Below are positions 8,740 to 17,767 of a stretch of DNA of 64,000 bases, piece after piece (positions within the stretch are counted from its first letter, which is position 1; each line of letters begins with the position of its first letter). The stretch is taken from NCBI GenBank assembly GCA_947564265.1, contig CANOBK010000007.1, positions 38,529-102,528 on the forward strand, written 5' to 3'. The stretch is from an uncultured Bacillales bacterium. Its GTDB lineage: Bacteria; Bacillota_I; Bacilli_A; RF39; UBA660. The notes beneath the pieces were generated by a model. The model was not told the DNA's origin. It searched no databases and saw nothing but the letters and a program-made list of their open reading frames with translations. Both the position numbers and the translations under genes were made by a program.

Positions 8740-11700
8740 ATGAAAAAGAAATTCAAATATTTATTAGTTAGTATGATCATGATGTTTGCAGTTTGCTTAC
8801 CAAATTCAGTATTTGCAGCAGCAGATCATAATCTTAGTTTAAGTGGAGTTGTCTGTCCAGTAGAAAATTATGCAGACAAAACAGGAAAGGATATCTATTA
8901 TGCCTGTATGGAAGATTACCTGGATGGAAACTTAGACGCAGGTCTTATCAGTAGTGGAGATAATGTAGAACCTGGAACTACTGTTATGGTAATCTTAAAT
9001 TATAAACCAGGAGATTCTCATGACGTAGTTGCCCTAAATGCAACTCTTCGTTATGACTCTACAAAATGGACACCTCTTGTACAAGAAGGAGACGACTTTT
9101 ATGATGAGACTCAATTTCCAAAGCCAGGAAGAAGAGTAACTTGGCAAACCTCTTTTAATGTTAGAGGTCCTGGAGATATCAGTTATTATATAGAAGATAC
9201 AGCTAATACAATGACTCCAATTAGTCAAGATACAGAATTAGGATATGTATTCCTAAAGTTAAATGATGATGTACAACCCAATGATGATATTACTTTAACT
9301 TTAGGGGATGAGCCAGGAGATACTGACTTTGCAGATGATAATGGAGATCAAGTAAGACCTTATACCTTAACCGATATGCCTCTTACCTCAACAGGTGCTT
9401 CTGAGTCTACTGATGCAAGTTTAAAAACTTTAACTGTAAAAAATGGAACAACAACTTATGCGTTAGACCCAACTTTTACTCCAGGAAGTACAGCTGTTAC
9501 TTCTTATACAGCAAAAGTACCTAATAATATTACATCTGTTGATATCGATGCTACAGTAAATGAAAGCCATGCAACTATTTTACCTGCTGGTTTAGGAACT
9601 AAATCATTAAATGTCGGTGATAACTCTTTTGATATTATTGTAACAGCTCAATCAGGAGCAACGGAAACTTATACAGTTCATGTTTATCGTTTATCAAATG
9701 ATGCAAGTTTATCAAGTTTAACTACAGATGGTACGAGTGTACCAGGATTTGTAAAAACAACAACGACTTATACACTTCCTGATGTTGCAGCATCAAAAAG
9801 TACCATGGTAATTGGTGCTACAGTATCTGATACAGGAAAAGCAAAGATTGTAAGCGGTACAGGTACTGTAAATTTAGTAGCAGGGGATAATAGCTTTGAT
9901 GTAGTAGTAGAAGCAGAAGATGGAACTCAAGAAACTTATACAATTAAAGTAAAAAAATTATCAAATAATGTAAAACTTGCAAGTTTAAATGTAACAAGTA
10001 ATCCACAAGGAACTTTATCACCTGCATTCTCAAGTACAAATATGAGTGGTTATACTTTTACATATGATTTAACAGCACCACAAATTACTGTGGCAGCTAC
10101 AGTAGAAGATACAGGAAAAGCAAAAATTGCTATCGTAGATGTTTCTACTAATGCGAGTGCGACAGGTACTCCACAATTAGATTCAGCAACAGAAACTTTC
10201 GCAAATACAGTAACGAAAGTATCTGTTATCGTAACAGCAGAGGATGGAACAGTTCAAGCTTATCCAATTACCTTATCTCGTTCTAAATCTACGAATACTT
10301 ATTTATCAAGTTTATCACTTACAGAAACAACTTTAAACGAAGCGTTCGTAAAAACAACACGTACCTATACAGCAACGGTTGCATCAAACGTTACTAGTGT
10401 AACTGTAAATGCAGTAGCTGAAGATGCTCCAAGAGCTACAATCAAATCAATTACAGGAAATACAAACTTACAATATGGAAATAATCCAATTGTCATCACT
10501 GTAAAAGCAGAAAGTGGATTAGAAGAAACTTATACAATTAACTTAACTCGTGAAAAATCAAATGTGGCAACTTTAGATGATTTAACAGTAGACGGAACAA
10601 CCGTTCCTGGATTTAATAAAAATACCTTTACTTATACAATTCCAGGAAGTGTTGCTTATAATAAAACATCAGTTACGATTGGAACTGTTAAAACAGATAC
10701 CAATTCAACAGTAACTGGAGATGGATCAGTAAACTTAACAACAGGATCAAATCAAATTGTTGTCAAAGTAACTGCTCAAAATGGGGTTGACTTTAACGAA
10801 TATAAAATCAATATTGAACGCGACAAAAATAGTGATAATACAGTTCATAGTTTAACAGTAGCAGGAAAAACGCCTACATTAAATGCATCTGGAAATTATG
10901 AAGTAACTCTTCCAAATGGAAAGACAACATTAGATCCAAGTGATGTAAATGTTACAGTAGGGGATGGAGCAACTGTTAATAAGGGAGCTGCAATCACATT
11001 ATCAACTGAAAACGTTAATACGTATCAATTTACAGTTACCAGTGAATCTGGAGTAACAAAAACGTATACAGTATTAGTTACAAGAGAACCATCAACTTCA
11101 ACAACACTTTCTAAAGTAACTTTAAATATTGGAGCAGATAGTAGTAGAAGTTGTGTTATGAGTGGAGATACTTGTAAAATTACGATTCCAGCAGATACAA
11201 CAGACTTTACCCTAACAACTGAAATTCCAGCAACTTCAACAATTTCTCCAGTAGATGGAACACCTCACAGTATGGCATTAACAGAAAGTTCAAAAAATAT
11301 TACATTAACAGTAACAGCAGAGGATGGAACAACAACTAAAGATTATACATTAGTAGTAGAAAGAGAAAAATCTACTGTAAATACATTAGCTACTCTTACA
11401 ACGGATTCTGGAACTTGGGATCAAACATTTGCACCAGGAACAAATAATTATACAATCAATGTTGATGGTAGTGTTGATTCAATCAATGTAACAGCAACTT
11501 TAACAGATTCTCGTGCAGAAATTATCAGTGGTACAGGACCTCATGCATTAAATGTTGGGAATAATTCAATTACTGTTCGTGTAAAAAGTGAATCTGGTGC
11601 TTTCAATGATTACAATCTTACAGTAATAAGAGCACAAAAATCAGATAATAGTTTATTAGATTTAACAGTAGATGGAACAACGGTTCCTGGATTCAACAAA

Positions 11701-13464
11701 GATGTTTTAGAATATACATTAACTAATGTACCTAATTCAACAACAAGTATCACAATTGGAGTAACAAAATCTGATACAGATGCAACAGTTACTGGTACTG
11801 GTAGAAAAGCATTACAAGTTGGACCAAATACATTTGAAGTAACAGTAAAAGCACAAAATGGTGATGAACAAACTTACAAGATTCATGTAACAAGGGATGC
11901 AAATGATGAAGCTAGATTAAGTTCATTAGTAATTAATGGGCAAACTTTAGACCCAGCTTTCGATAAAGATACCTTTGATTATGAAATTACAGTAGATGCA
12001 ACAAAAGATACATTATCACCAAATGAAATTACTGCCATTCCAGTAGATACAAATGCAACAGTAGTAAAAGATGCTGCACTTAGTCTATCTACAACAATGG
12101 ATAATTATTATGAAATCAATGTAACAGCAGAAGATGGACATACACAAAAGACTTATACAATTAAAGTAAATCGTCCAAAATCAAGTGATGCTACTTTAAA
12201 GGCAGTCAATGTAACTGGAGGTTCTTTATCACCAGCAATTAGTCCTACAGAAACAAATTATACAATTACACTTCCAACTGGAAGTACAAACTTCTCAATT
12301 GAAGGTATTGCTAATGCAGGAACAACTCAAGTATTTGGAAACGGTTCTTATACCTTAGCTGATGGAACCGTAACACTTACAACAAGAGCAGAAGATGGAA
12401 CAGAATTAACTTATACATTTACAATTAAAGAAACTTTAAGTAATGATGCAACTCTTGCTAGTTTAAGTGTAACAGATCACAATTTAGATAAAACGTTCCA
12501 ACCAACAGAAAAGAGCTATAGTATTGGGGATGTTACTTATGGTACAACTCAATTAGTAGTAAATGCAGTAGCAACCAATATTGATTCTACAATTGAATAT
12601 TTCTTAGATGGAACACTTCAAGCAAATAACATTATTAATATTCCTAATACATTAGGATCAAAAACAATTACAGTAAAAGTAACTGCACCAGATGGAACTA
12701 CAACAGAGTCTTATGATATTGCTTATAACTTGGTTCAATCAAGTAATGCTTTCTTAAAGAGCATTGTACCATCTGTTGGAATTTTAAATCCATCTTTCGT
12801 AAATACTACAAAGGATTATGAAGTGGCAGTAAATGGAACAACTACTAGTATTAGCTTTGATCTTGAAGCAGAAGATAGCAATTCACAAATTACGGTAAAT
12901 GGTGAAACAGCAACTGGAACTAAAACAGTTACAATGTCTAACTTAGTAGATGGAGAAAATCCACTTACTATCCTAGTAACTGCACAAGATGGAACAACAG
13001 AAACTTATACAGTAGTAGTTAAGAAAGAAGTAAGTATTTCAGAAGTAATTACTTCAGATGTTTATGGACATGTAATTAAAGATGACACTTATATTATGAC
13101 TGTGACAGAACATACAACTGGAAGTCAAATGAAAGATCAATTGGATAATCCAAATGAATATTTAGAAGTATGGACAGCTGACGAAACAACACAAGTTGCA
13201 GATACTGATGAAATGGCAACTGGTATGGTTGTAAAACTAATGATTGGTGGGCAAGAAAAAGATCGTAAGTACATTGTAATTAAAGGAGATGTTAGTGGAG
13301 AAGGAGTCATTGACTTATATGACGCTACTATAATTTTAAATCATGTATTGTTACCACAATTAACAGGTGCCTATGAGCAAGCAGGATATGTTAGTGCAGA
13401 TACTGAAATTGATTTATATGATGCAACTATGATTCTAAACTATGTATTATCGCAAAGCTGGTAA
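8740..13464 (+). CDS. Giant secreted surface protein: N-terminal cohesin-like region, 13 cadherin-like beta-sandwich repeats, X-module, C-terminal dockerin
   Basis: GGAG RBS then ATG 8740 ('MKKKFKYLLVSMIMMFAVCLPNSVFAAAD' signal peptide); 13 units each ending 'E/K-TYT-I/V-x-V-x-R/K'; C-terminus 'KGDVSGEGVIDLYDATIILNHVL...VSADTEIDLYDATMILNYVL'. Confidence 0.8.
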   Translation: MKKKFKYLLVSMIMMFAVCLPNSVFAAADHNLSLSGVVCPVENYADKTGKDIYYACMEDYLDGNLDAGLISSGDNVEPGTTVMVILNYKPGDSHDVVALNATLRYDSTKWTPLVQEGDDFYDETQFPKPGRRVTWQTSFNVRGPGDISYYIEDTANTMTPISQDTELGYVFLKLNDDVQPNDDITLTLGDEPGDTDFADDNGDQVRPYTLTDMPLTSTGASESTDASLKTLTVKNGTTTYALDPTFTPGSTAVTSYTAKVPNNITSVDIDATVNESHATILPAGLGTKSLNVGDNSFDIIVTAQSGATETYTVHVYRLSNDASLSSLTTDGTSVPGFVKTTTTYTLPDVAASKSTMVIGATVSDTGKAKIVSGTGTVNLVAGDNSFDVVVEAEDGTQETYTIKVKKLSNNVKLASLNVTSNPQGTLSPAFSSTNMSGYTFTYDLTAPQITVAATVEDTGKAKIAIVDVSTNASATGTPQLDSATETFANTVTKVSVIVTAEDGTVQAYPITLSRSKSTNTYLSSLSLTETTLNEAFVKTTRTYTATVASNVTSVTVNAVAEDAPRATIKSITGNTNLQYGNNPIVITVKAESGLEETYTINLTREKSNVATLDDLTVDGTTVPGFNKNTFTYTIPGSVAYNKTSVTIGTVKTDTNSTVTGDGSVNLTTGSNQIVVKVTAQNGVDFNEYKINIERDKNSDNTVHSLTVAGKTPTLNASGNYEVTLPNGKTTLDPSDVNVTVGDGATVNKGAAITLSTENVNTYQFTVTSESGVTKTYTVLVTREPSTSTTLSKVTLNIGADSSRSCVMSGDTCKITIPADTTDFTLTTEIPATSTISPVDGTPHSMALTESSKNITLTVTAEDGTTTKDYTLVVEREKSTVNTLATLTTDSGTWDQTFAPGTNNYTINVDGSVDSINVTATLTDSRAEIISGTGPHALNVGNNSITVRVKSESGAFNDYNLTVIRAQKSDNSLLDLTVDGTTVPGFNKDVLEYTLTNVPNSTTSITIGVTKSDTDATVTGTGRKALQVGPNTFEVTVKAQNGDEQTYKIHVTRDANDEARLSSLVINGQTLDPAFDKDTFDYEITVDATKDTLSPNEITAIPVDTNATVVKDAALSLSTTMDNYYEINVTAEDGHTQKTYTIKVNRPKSSDATLKAVNVTGGSLSPAISPTETNYTITLPTGSTNFSIEGIANAGTTQVFGNGSYTLADGTVTLTTRAEDGTELTYTFTIKETLSNDATLASLSVTDHNLDKTFQPTEKSYSIGDVTYGTTQLVVNAVATNIDSTIEYFLDGTLQANNIINIPNTLGSKTITVKVTAPDGTTTESYDIAYNLVQSSNAFLKSIVPSVGILNPSFVNTTKDYEVAVNGTTTSISFDLEAEDSNSQITVNGETATGTKTVTMSNLVDGENPLTILVTAQDGTTETYTVVVKKEVSISEVITSDVYGHVIKDDTYIMTVTEHTTGSQMKDQLDNPNEYLEVWTADETTQVADTDEMATGMVVKLMIGGQEKDRKYIVIKGDVSGEGVIDLYDATIILNHVLLPQLTGAYEQAGYVSADTEIDLYDATMILNYVLSQSW
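9412..13029 (+). repeat. 13 divergent protein-level tandem repeats (about 88-105 aa) of cadherin-like beta-sandwich type
   Basis: Each unit starts like 'S-(D/N)-A-x-L-x-x-L-x-V' with 'T-x-Y-T-x-x-V' and ends '(A/T)(E/Q)DG...(T/E)YT(I/V)xVxR'. Copies are divergent at the DNA level. Confidence 0.75.
13282..13461 (+). other. Dockerin-like module (divergent class)
   Basis: Two EF-hand-like segments: 'DVSGEGVIDLYD' + helix 'ATIILNHVL', and 'YVSADTEIDLYD' + helix 'ATMILNYVL' (the first Asp of loop 2 is replaced). Confidence 0.65.
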
Positions 13465-13476
13465 GATAGTTAAAAT

Positions 13477-13503
13477 AGAGGTAGAAATTCTACCTCTTCT
13501 TTT
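13477..13503 (+). terminator. Rho-independent terminator
   Basis: AGAGGTAG / CTACCTCT stem (13477-13497) followed by TCTTTTAT. Confidence 0.8.
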
Positions 13504-13683
13504 ATTGACACCTAAAAGTACATATTTGACAATTTTTGTCGAAAAATAGCTTTTAATTCTGTCTAGATTATGCTATCCTTATAATAAGGAAGGAGCATAA
13601 ATAGTAGAATAATATAATTAATTAAGCAATAATTGACAAATATTAGATTCAATGATTTATGAACTAAAAGTAGGAGGAAGTAT

Positions 13684-15891
13684 ATGAAAAGAATAAAAAG
13701 TTTAAATTTATTGATGATTTTAGCACTTATATTTACAACCTTTAGTTTTACAGTTCCAGTAGAAGCTGCTGGTAAGGGTGGCTTTGGGTTTGACGGGAAC
13801 TCTAAAGTTGCTTTGGGGGAAAATATTACGGTTTCACTATATATATCTGATATCGCAGATACAGATGGTGGAGTATGTAGTTTAGAAACAAATATTCAGT
13901 TTGATAGTACATATCTAGAGTATGTATCATATAAATCAACCTGTCCATTTGGTGCCAAATTAGTTCCAGAAAATAGCTATAAAATAGCAGGTATGGATTT
14001 TATGCAAACTAGTTGTTTTACTGCTAAGACTGGTGTTATGGAAATTACATTTAAGGCAATTAAAGAGGGAGAAACGGAAGTCTCTGCAATTAATACAAAA
14101 TTAAATGACACAAAAAATAGGTTAACAGCTACAGGTGGGTCAAAAAAAATTACGATTGGACCAAAGAGTACACCAACTCCAACACCAACTCCAACGCCTA
14201 CACCTACGCCAACAAATAAACCGACACCAACACCAACTCCAACGCCACCACCATCAAAGAGTAGTGATGCAACATTGAAGAGTTTGATAGCAAGTGGGTA
14301 TACATTAAGCCCAAGTTTCTCAGCAAACACAACAAATTACACGGTAAAGGTACCTAGTGATGCAACCAATGTAATATTACAAGGTACAGCAAACCATGGA
14401 AAAGCAACGATTGCAGGTCTTGGAACAATTAATTTAACTGGAAATAATACAACAGCTACTATTACAGTAACTGCTGAAGATGGTAGCAAGAAGACATATA
14501 CAATTAATATTGAAAAAGAAGCTAAGAACGAACCTGCTAAGGATGGAGATGCAACATTAAAAAGCTTAAGTGTTAGCGGATACACCTTAAATCCAACTTT
14601 CAAGAGTAATGTAAATACATACTCTATGACAGTTAAAAATAATATTACTAGTTTAAATGTAGATGCAGTTGCAAATAGTAGCAAAGCAAATGTCGAAATT
14701 TCTGGTAATAGAAACTGGAAAGTAGGAGTAAACGTAGTTACAATTAAAGTAACTGCTGAAAATGGTAATGTAAATACCTATATTGTAAACGTAACGAGAG
14801 AAGCTGCAAAAACAAATAATACAGCTACTCCAAAGCCTAAATCATCAGATAACTATTTGAATGATTTAATTATTAATTCATCACATGAAATTAGTCCAAA
14901 ATTTAATAAGAATACATCAAACTATACAGTAACAGTACCTTATGAGGTAGATAAATTAGATTTAAGTTATGTTACAAGTAATTCTGCTGCTAAAGTAAAA
15001 GTAAATGGAAATAGTAATTTCTTAGTAGGAGAAGTTAATACTGTTGAACTTGAAGTAACAGCTGAAGATGGAACAATTCGAGTTTATACATTGAATGTTA
15101 CTCGTAGTACTCAAAATGGAAAGACGGATTTAAAAGAATTAACAGTAACAAATGGAACTTTAAGTCCAAATTTTGATCCAAGTGTTTTGGAATATACTAC
15201 AAAAGTAGATGGAAAAACAGATAAGTTAGATATTAAAGCAATCGCAAAAGATGCAGATTCTAAAGTAGAAATTATTGGTAATGATAATCTAAAAGAGGGT
15301 AATAATACTGTTTTAGTAAAAGTTACTGATAAAAATGGATTTACCAAGTACTATACAATCAATGTAGAAAAAGAAGCTAAGAAAAATACCATTTTAGGTT
15401 TATCACCACTTCAATTTGGAATTATTGCTAGTATTATTGGATTGTTATTATTCCTATTACTATTCCTATTATGGAAGAGAAAAGATGATGAGGAAGAAGA
15501 AGTAAAAGAAGAACCAGTAGGACCTGCTCCAGTAACACCAATTATTGAAGTAAAACCAGAATTTAATTTCAGTTCTAAAAATACTTCTGATGATGATGTT
15601 GTTCATGGTAATATGAATCAGGATAGTACAGTTACTACAGGTAGTGATGCTATAGCTGCTACAAGAACACTTCCAGCAATTGAAGCAACTTATGAGGATG
15701 TTGAAGATAGAGTTCCTTATGATCCATATGATGAAACAGTAACGAAAAAGGAATTAATCGATGCAATTAATGAAGCGACAAAGACAAAAGATCCAGCAAA
15801 ATTAAAAATGTTATTAGAACAAGATGCATTGAATCAAAAGAAAAAAGAAATTAGAAAAAAGGAAGAAGAATTAAGAAGGAAAAAATACTAA
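13684..15891 (+). CDS. Membrane-anchored scaffold: cohesin, Thr-Pro linker, 4 cadherin-like repeats, TM helix, ~190-aa acidic/coiled-coil cytoplasmic tail
   Basis: AGGAGG RBS; signal peptide; cohesin-like 'GENITVSLYISDIADTDGGVCSLETNIQFDSTYLEYVSYKS ... MEITFKAIKEGETEVS'; 'TPTPTPTPTPTPTPT'; repeats ending 'KTYTINIEKE','NTYIVNVTRE','RVYTLNVTRS','KYYTINVEKE'; TM 'FGIIASIIGLLLFLLLFLLW' then 'KRKDDEEEE...'. Confidence 0.8.
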   Translation: MKRIKSLNLLMILALIFTTFSFTVPVEAAGKGGFGFDGNSKVALGENITVSLYISDIADTDGGVCSLETNIQFDSTYLEYVSYKSTCPFGAKLVPENSYKIAGMDFMQTSCFTAKTGVMEITFKAIKEGETEVSAINTKLNDTKNRLTATGGSKKITIGPKSTPTPTPTPTPTPTPTNKPTPTPTPTPPPSKSSDATLKSLIASGYTLSPSFSANTTNYTVKVPSDATNVILQGTANHGKATIAGLGTINLTGNNTTATITVTAEDGSKKTYTINIEKEAKNEPAKDGDATLKSLSVSGYTLNPTFKSNVNTYSMTVKNNITSLNVDAVANSSKANVEISGNRNWKVGVNVVTIKVTAENGNVNTYIVNVTREAAKTNNTATPKPKSSDNYLNDLIINSSHEISPKFNKNTSNYTVTVPYEVDKLDLSYVTSNSAAKVKVNGNSNFLVGEVNTVELEVTAEDGTIRVYTLNVTRSTQNGKTDLKELTVTNGTLSPNFDPSVLEYTTKVDGKTDKLDIKAIAKDADSKVEIIGNDNLKEGNNTVLVKVTDKNGFTKYYTINVEKEAKKNTILGLSPLQFGIIASIIGLLLFLLLFLLWKRKDDEEEEVKEEPVGPAPVTPIIEVKPEFNFSSKNTSDDDVVHGNMNQDSTVTTGSDAIAATRTLPAIEATYEDVEDRVPYDPYDETVTKKELIDAINEATKTKDPAKLKMLLEQDALNQKKKEIRKKEEELRRKKY
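14170..14253 (+). repeat. Thr-Pro dipeptide linker coding repeat
   Basis: (ACN CCN)n encoding TPTPTPTPTPTPTPTNKPTPTPTPTPPP. The antisense 'GVGVGV' ORF at 13977-14330 is its complement. Confidence 0.9.
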
Positions 15892-15909
15892 CAGTTGGAG
15901 GTAAACATT

Positions 15910-16809
15910 ATGAAGAAAAATAATAGGAAATTATTTCATTTCATTATCCTATCTTTTTTCTTCTTTTTTTGTCCCTTTTTGGTTGATGCAGAAGGGACTG
16001 CTATTTCAGGATTCAAAGTAGTTGGTAATCCTTATTTAGAAGAGACTTTTGATGTTATTTTATATTTAGATGAGATTAAGGGTACTTCTGATGATTTAGG
16101 ACTTGCGGGTATTCAAGGGTATTTCTACTATGACAAGGATAAATTGGAACTTGTTAGTTATGAGTCTTTGGCACCTTATACAATAATTTTTTCTGAAAAT
16201 CGTGTTGTTGGCTTGGGAATTTATGAGTATATGAATGGATATCAAGATATTTTAAGATTTACTTTTAAAGCGAAAAAGAAGGGAGATGCTATTATAAATT
16301 TTCCAGATTTAGATTCTCCTGACTCAAAAGCAGAAAAGGTCTATATCACAGGGTGCCAAGAAACACTCTCTATTACTAATCGTCCAGAACCATTAACAAT
16401 CGATGAGACAAGTATTTATGTACTTACAAAAACCTCTAAAAAATTAACGGTGAGTTATAATTTAGAGGGAACTGTAACTGGTTCTTGGTCTTCAGAAAAT
16501 CCTAGTATCGCAACCGTTAGTCAAGATGGGACCGTAACGGGAGTATCTCAGGGTATTACAAAAGTAATCTATCAAACAAATAATGGTTATCGTGTAGAAT
16601 GTACAGTAACAATTTCTAATTATCTAAAGGGTGATGTTACAAAAAACGGGAAAGTCAATATAAAAGATGTAATGGATGTAATGTATTTTTACACAAGAAA
16701 AAAGACGCCAACTGAAGATTTATATATTATTGGAGATATGAATAATGATGGAAAATTGAATTTGAAAGATGCTAATCTTATTCTTGCAGTTTATTTGAAG
16801 AAATTCTAA
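15910..16809 (+). CDS. Adaptor-type protein carrying both a cohesin and a dockerin (cohesin - Big_2 - dockerin)
   Basis: GGAGGT RBS then ATG 15910; signal peptide; cohesin-like 'LEETFDVILYLDEIKGTSDDLGLAGIQGYFYYDKDKLELVSYES ... LRFTFKAKKKGDAIINF'; Big_2-like 'SWSSENPSIATVSQDGTVTGVSQG'; dockerin 'GDVTKNGKVNIKD...GDMNNDGKLNLKD'. Confidence 0.75.
   Translation: MKKNNRKLFHFIILSFFFFFCPFLVDAEGTAISGFKVVGNPYLEETFDVILYLDEIKGTSDDLGLAGIQGYFYYDKDKLELVSYESLAPYTIIFSENRVVGLGIYEYMNGYQDILRFTFKAKKKGDAIINFPDLDSPDSKAEKVYITGCQETLSITNRPEPLTIDETSIYVLTKTSKKLTVSYNLEGTVTGSWSSENPSIATVSQDGTVTGVSQGITKVIYQTNNGYRVECTVTISNYLKGDVTKNGKVNIKDVMDVMYFYTRKKTPTEDLYIIGDMNNDGKLNLKDANLILAVYLKKF
16621..16806 (+). repeat. Dockerin-coding module, copy A (paralogous to 17581-17763)
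   Basis: Encodes 'YLKGDVTKNGKVNIKDVMDVMYFYTRKKTPTEDLYIIGDMNNDGKLNLKDANLILAVYLKKF'; aligns without gaps to copy B at protein and DNA level. Confidence 0.8.
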
Positions 16810-16892
16810 ATTATAATAGTTAATAGTATAGATAAATCTGTACTATTTTTCTTTTGCAATATTATGAATTTGTGAGAAAAAAAATCGAAATC

Positions 16893-16921
16893 TAGACTTT
16901 CTTGTAAGCAAGTGCTATAAT
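16893..16921 (+). promoter_or_regulatory. Putative sigma-A promoter (extended -10)
   Basis: TAGACT (16893-16898), 17-nt spacer, TGcTATAAT (TATAAT 16916-16921). Confidence 0.5.
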
Positions 16922-16965
16922 AGAAATAAGAACAAGATAGATGTGAATATGATAAGGAGGGGAGT

Positions 16966-16985
16966 GAAACAACGAATGTTGTTTC
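16966..16985 (+). promoter_or_regulatory. Perfect 8-bp hairpin between a strong SD and the start codon
   Basis: GAAACAAC-GAAT-GTTGTTTC. SD AAGGAGGGG lies at 16954-16962 and the ATG at 16996. No SD is present at normal distance from the ATG. Confidence 0.5.
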
Positions 16986-16995
16986 AATTATTAAA

Positions 16996-17766
16996 ATGAA
17001 GTTAGGCGTTAGAAAGAAAATAGTAGTTACAATATTCTTTTTATTTAGTATTTTTTGGATCAATCCATTTTCTGTGAATGCAGCGGATGATACTACAGGA
17101 AAAAGAAATATTGAAGATGCAGTTGTCGAGGGTCTTTATAATTATCCTTTTACAGGGGCTTATATAAAACCAGATACTATTGTTGTAAAATATGGAGATG
17201 AAGTATTAGTAGAAAATACAGATTATACAATCACCTTTTCAGGTTTTTATGGTCCAGGTACAATTACTGTTACTATCAAAGGAAGAAAAAATTATGAAGG
17301 TACTTTGATTAAAGAATATGACATTATTAGAAATACCAATTATATTTTAAGAATTAATAAGCCAGTAGTAAGTCTCTCACTTCAAGGAACTCAGACTTTA
17401 AGCTTATATACGACACCAAATGTTTATATTAATCCTAGTAAAATTAAATGGGAATCTTCTGATTCTAATGTTGTTTCTGTTGATGAGTCTGGTAATTTAA
17501 CACCTATTCAATTAGGAAATGCAACTATTACAGCAACGTTTAATGGGCAAAGTGTAACTAGTCAAGTAACGGTAGTAGAATATCTAAAAGGGGATATCAA
17601 TAAAGATGGGAAAGTTAACTTAAGAGATGTTATGGAAATTCTGTATTTTTATACAAAAAAGAAGATACCAACGGAAGAAAGTTATGTACTAGGAGATATG
17701 AATGAGGATGGGAAACTGAACTTGAAAGATGCTACGCCAATTATAGAAATCTATTTGAAGAAATAA
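16996..17766 (+). CDS. Secreted dockerin protein (N-terminal MBG/YGX-like domain - Big_2 - dockerin)
   Basis: Signal peptide '...FWINPFSVNAADD'; 'FTGAYIKPDTIVVKYGDEVLVENTDYTITFSGFYGPGTITVTIKGRKNYEGT'; Big_2-like 'IKWESSDSNVVSVDESGNLTPIQLGNATITA'; dockerin 'GDINKDGKVNLRD...GDMNEDGKLNLKD'. Confidence 0.75.
   Translation: MKLGVRKKIVVTIFFLFSIFWINPFSVNAADDTTGKRNIEDAVVEGLYNYPFTGAYIKPDTIVVKYGDEVLVENTDYTITFSGFYGPGTITVTIKGRKNYEGTLIKEYDIIRNTNYILRINKPVVSLSLQGTQTLSLYTTPNVYINPSKIKWESSDSNVVSVDESGNLTPIQLGNATITATFNGQSVTSQVTVVEYLKGDINKDGKVNLRDVMEILYFYTKKKIPTEESYVLGDMNEDGKLNLKDATPIIEIYLKK
17581..17763 (+). repeat. Dockerin-coding module, copy B
   Basis: Encodes 'YLKGDINKDGKVNLRDVMEILYFYTKKKIPTEESYVLGDMNEDGKLNLKDATPIIEIYLKK'. 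Confidence 0.8.
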
Positions 17767-17767
17767 A

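Noticed and set aside
9412-13029. A regular ~270-310-bp periodicity that might suggest a CRISPR array or satellite
   Set aside because: The periodicity exists only at the protein-domain level (cadherin-like repeats) inside one continuous ORF. There are no short identical direct repeats or spacers.
13977-14330. 117-aa minus-strand ORF rich in 'GVGVGVGV'
   Set aside because: It is the exact complement of the Thr-Pro linker and lies wholly inside the well-supported 13684-15891 cohesin gene. It is an antisense artefact of a low-complexity repeat.
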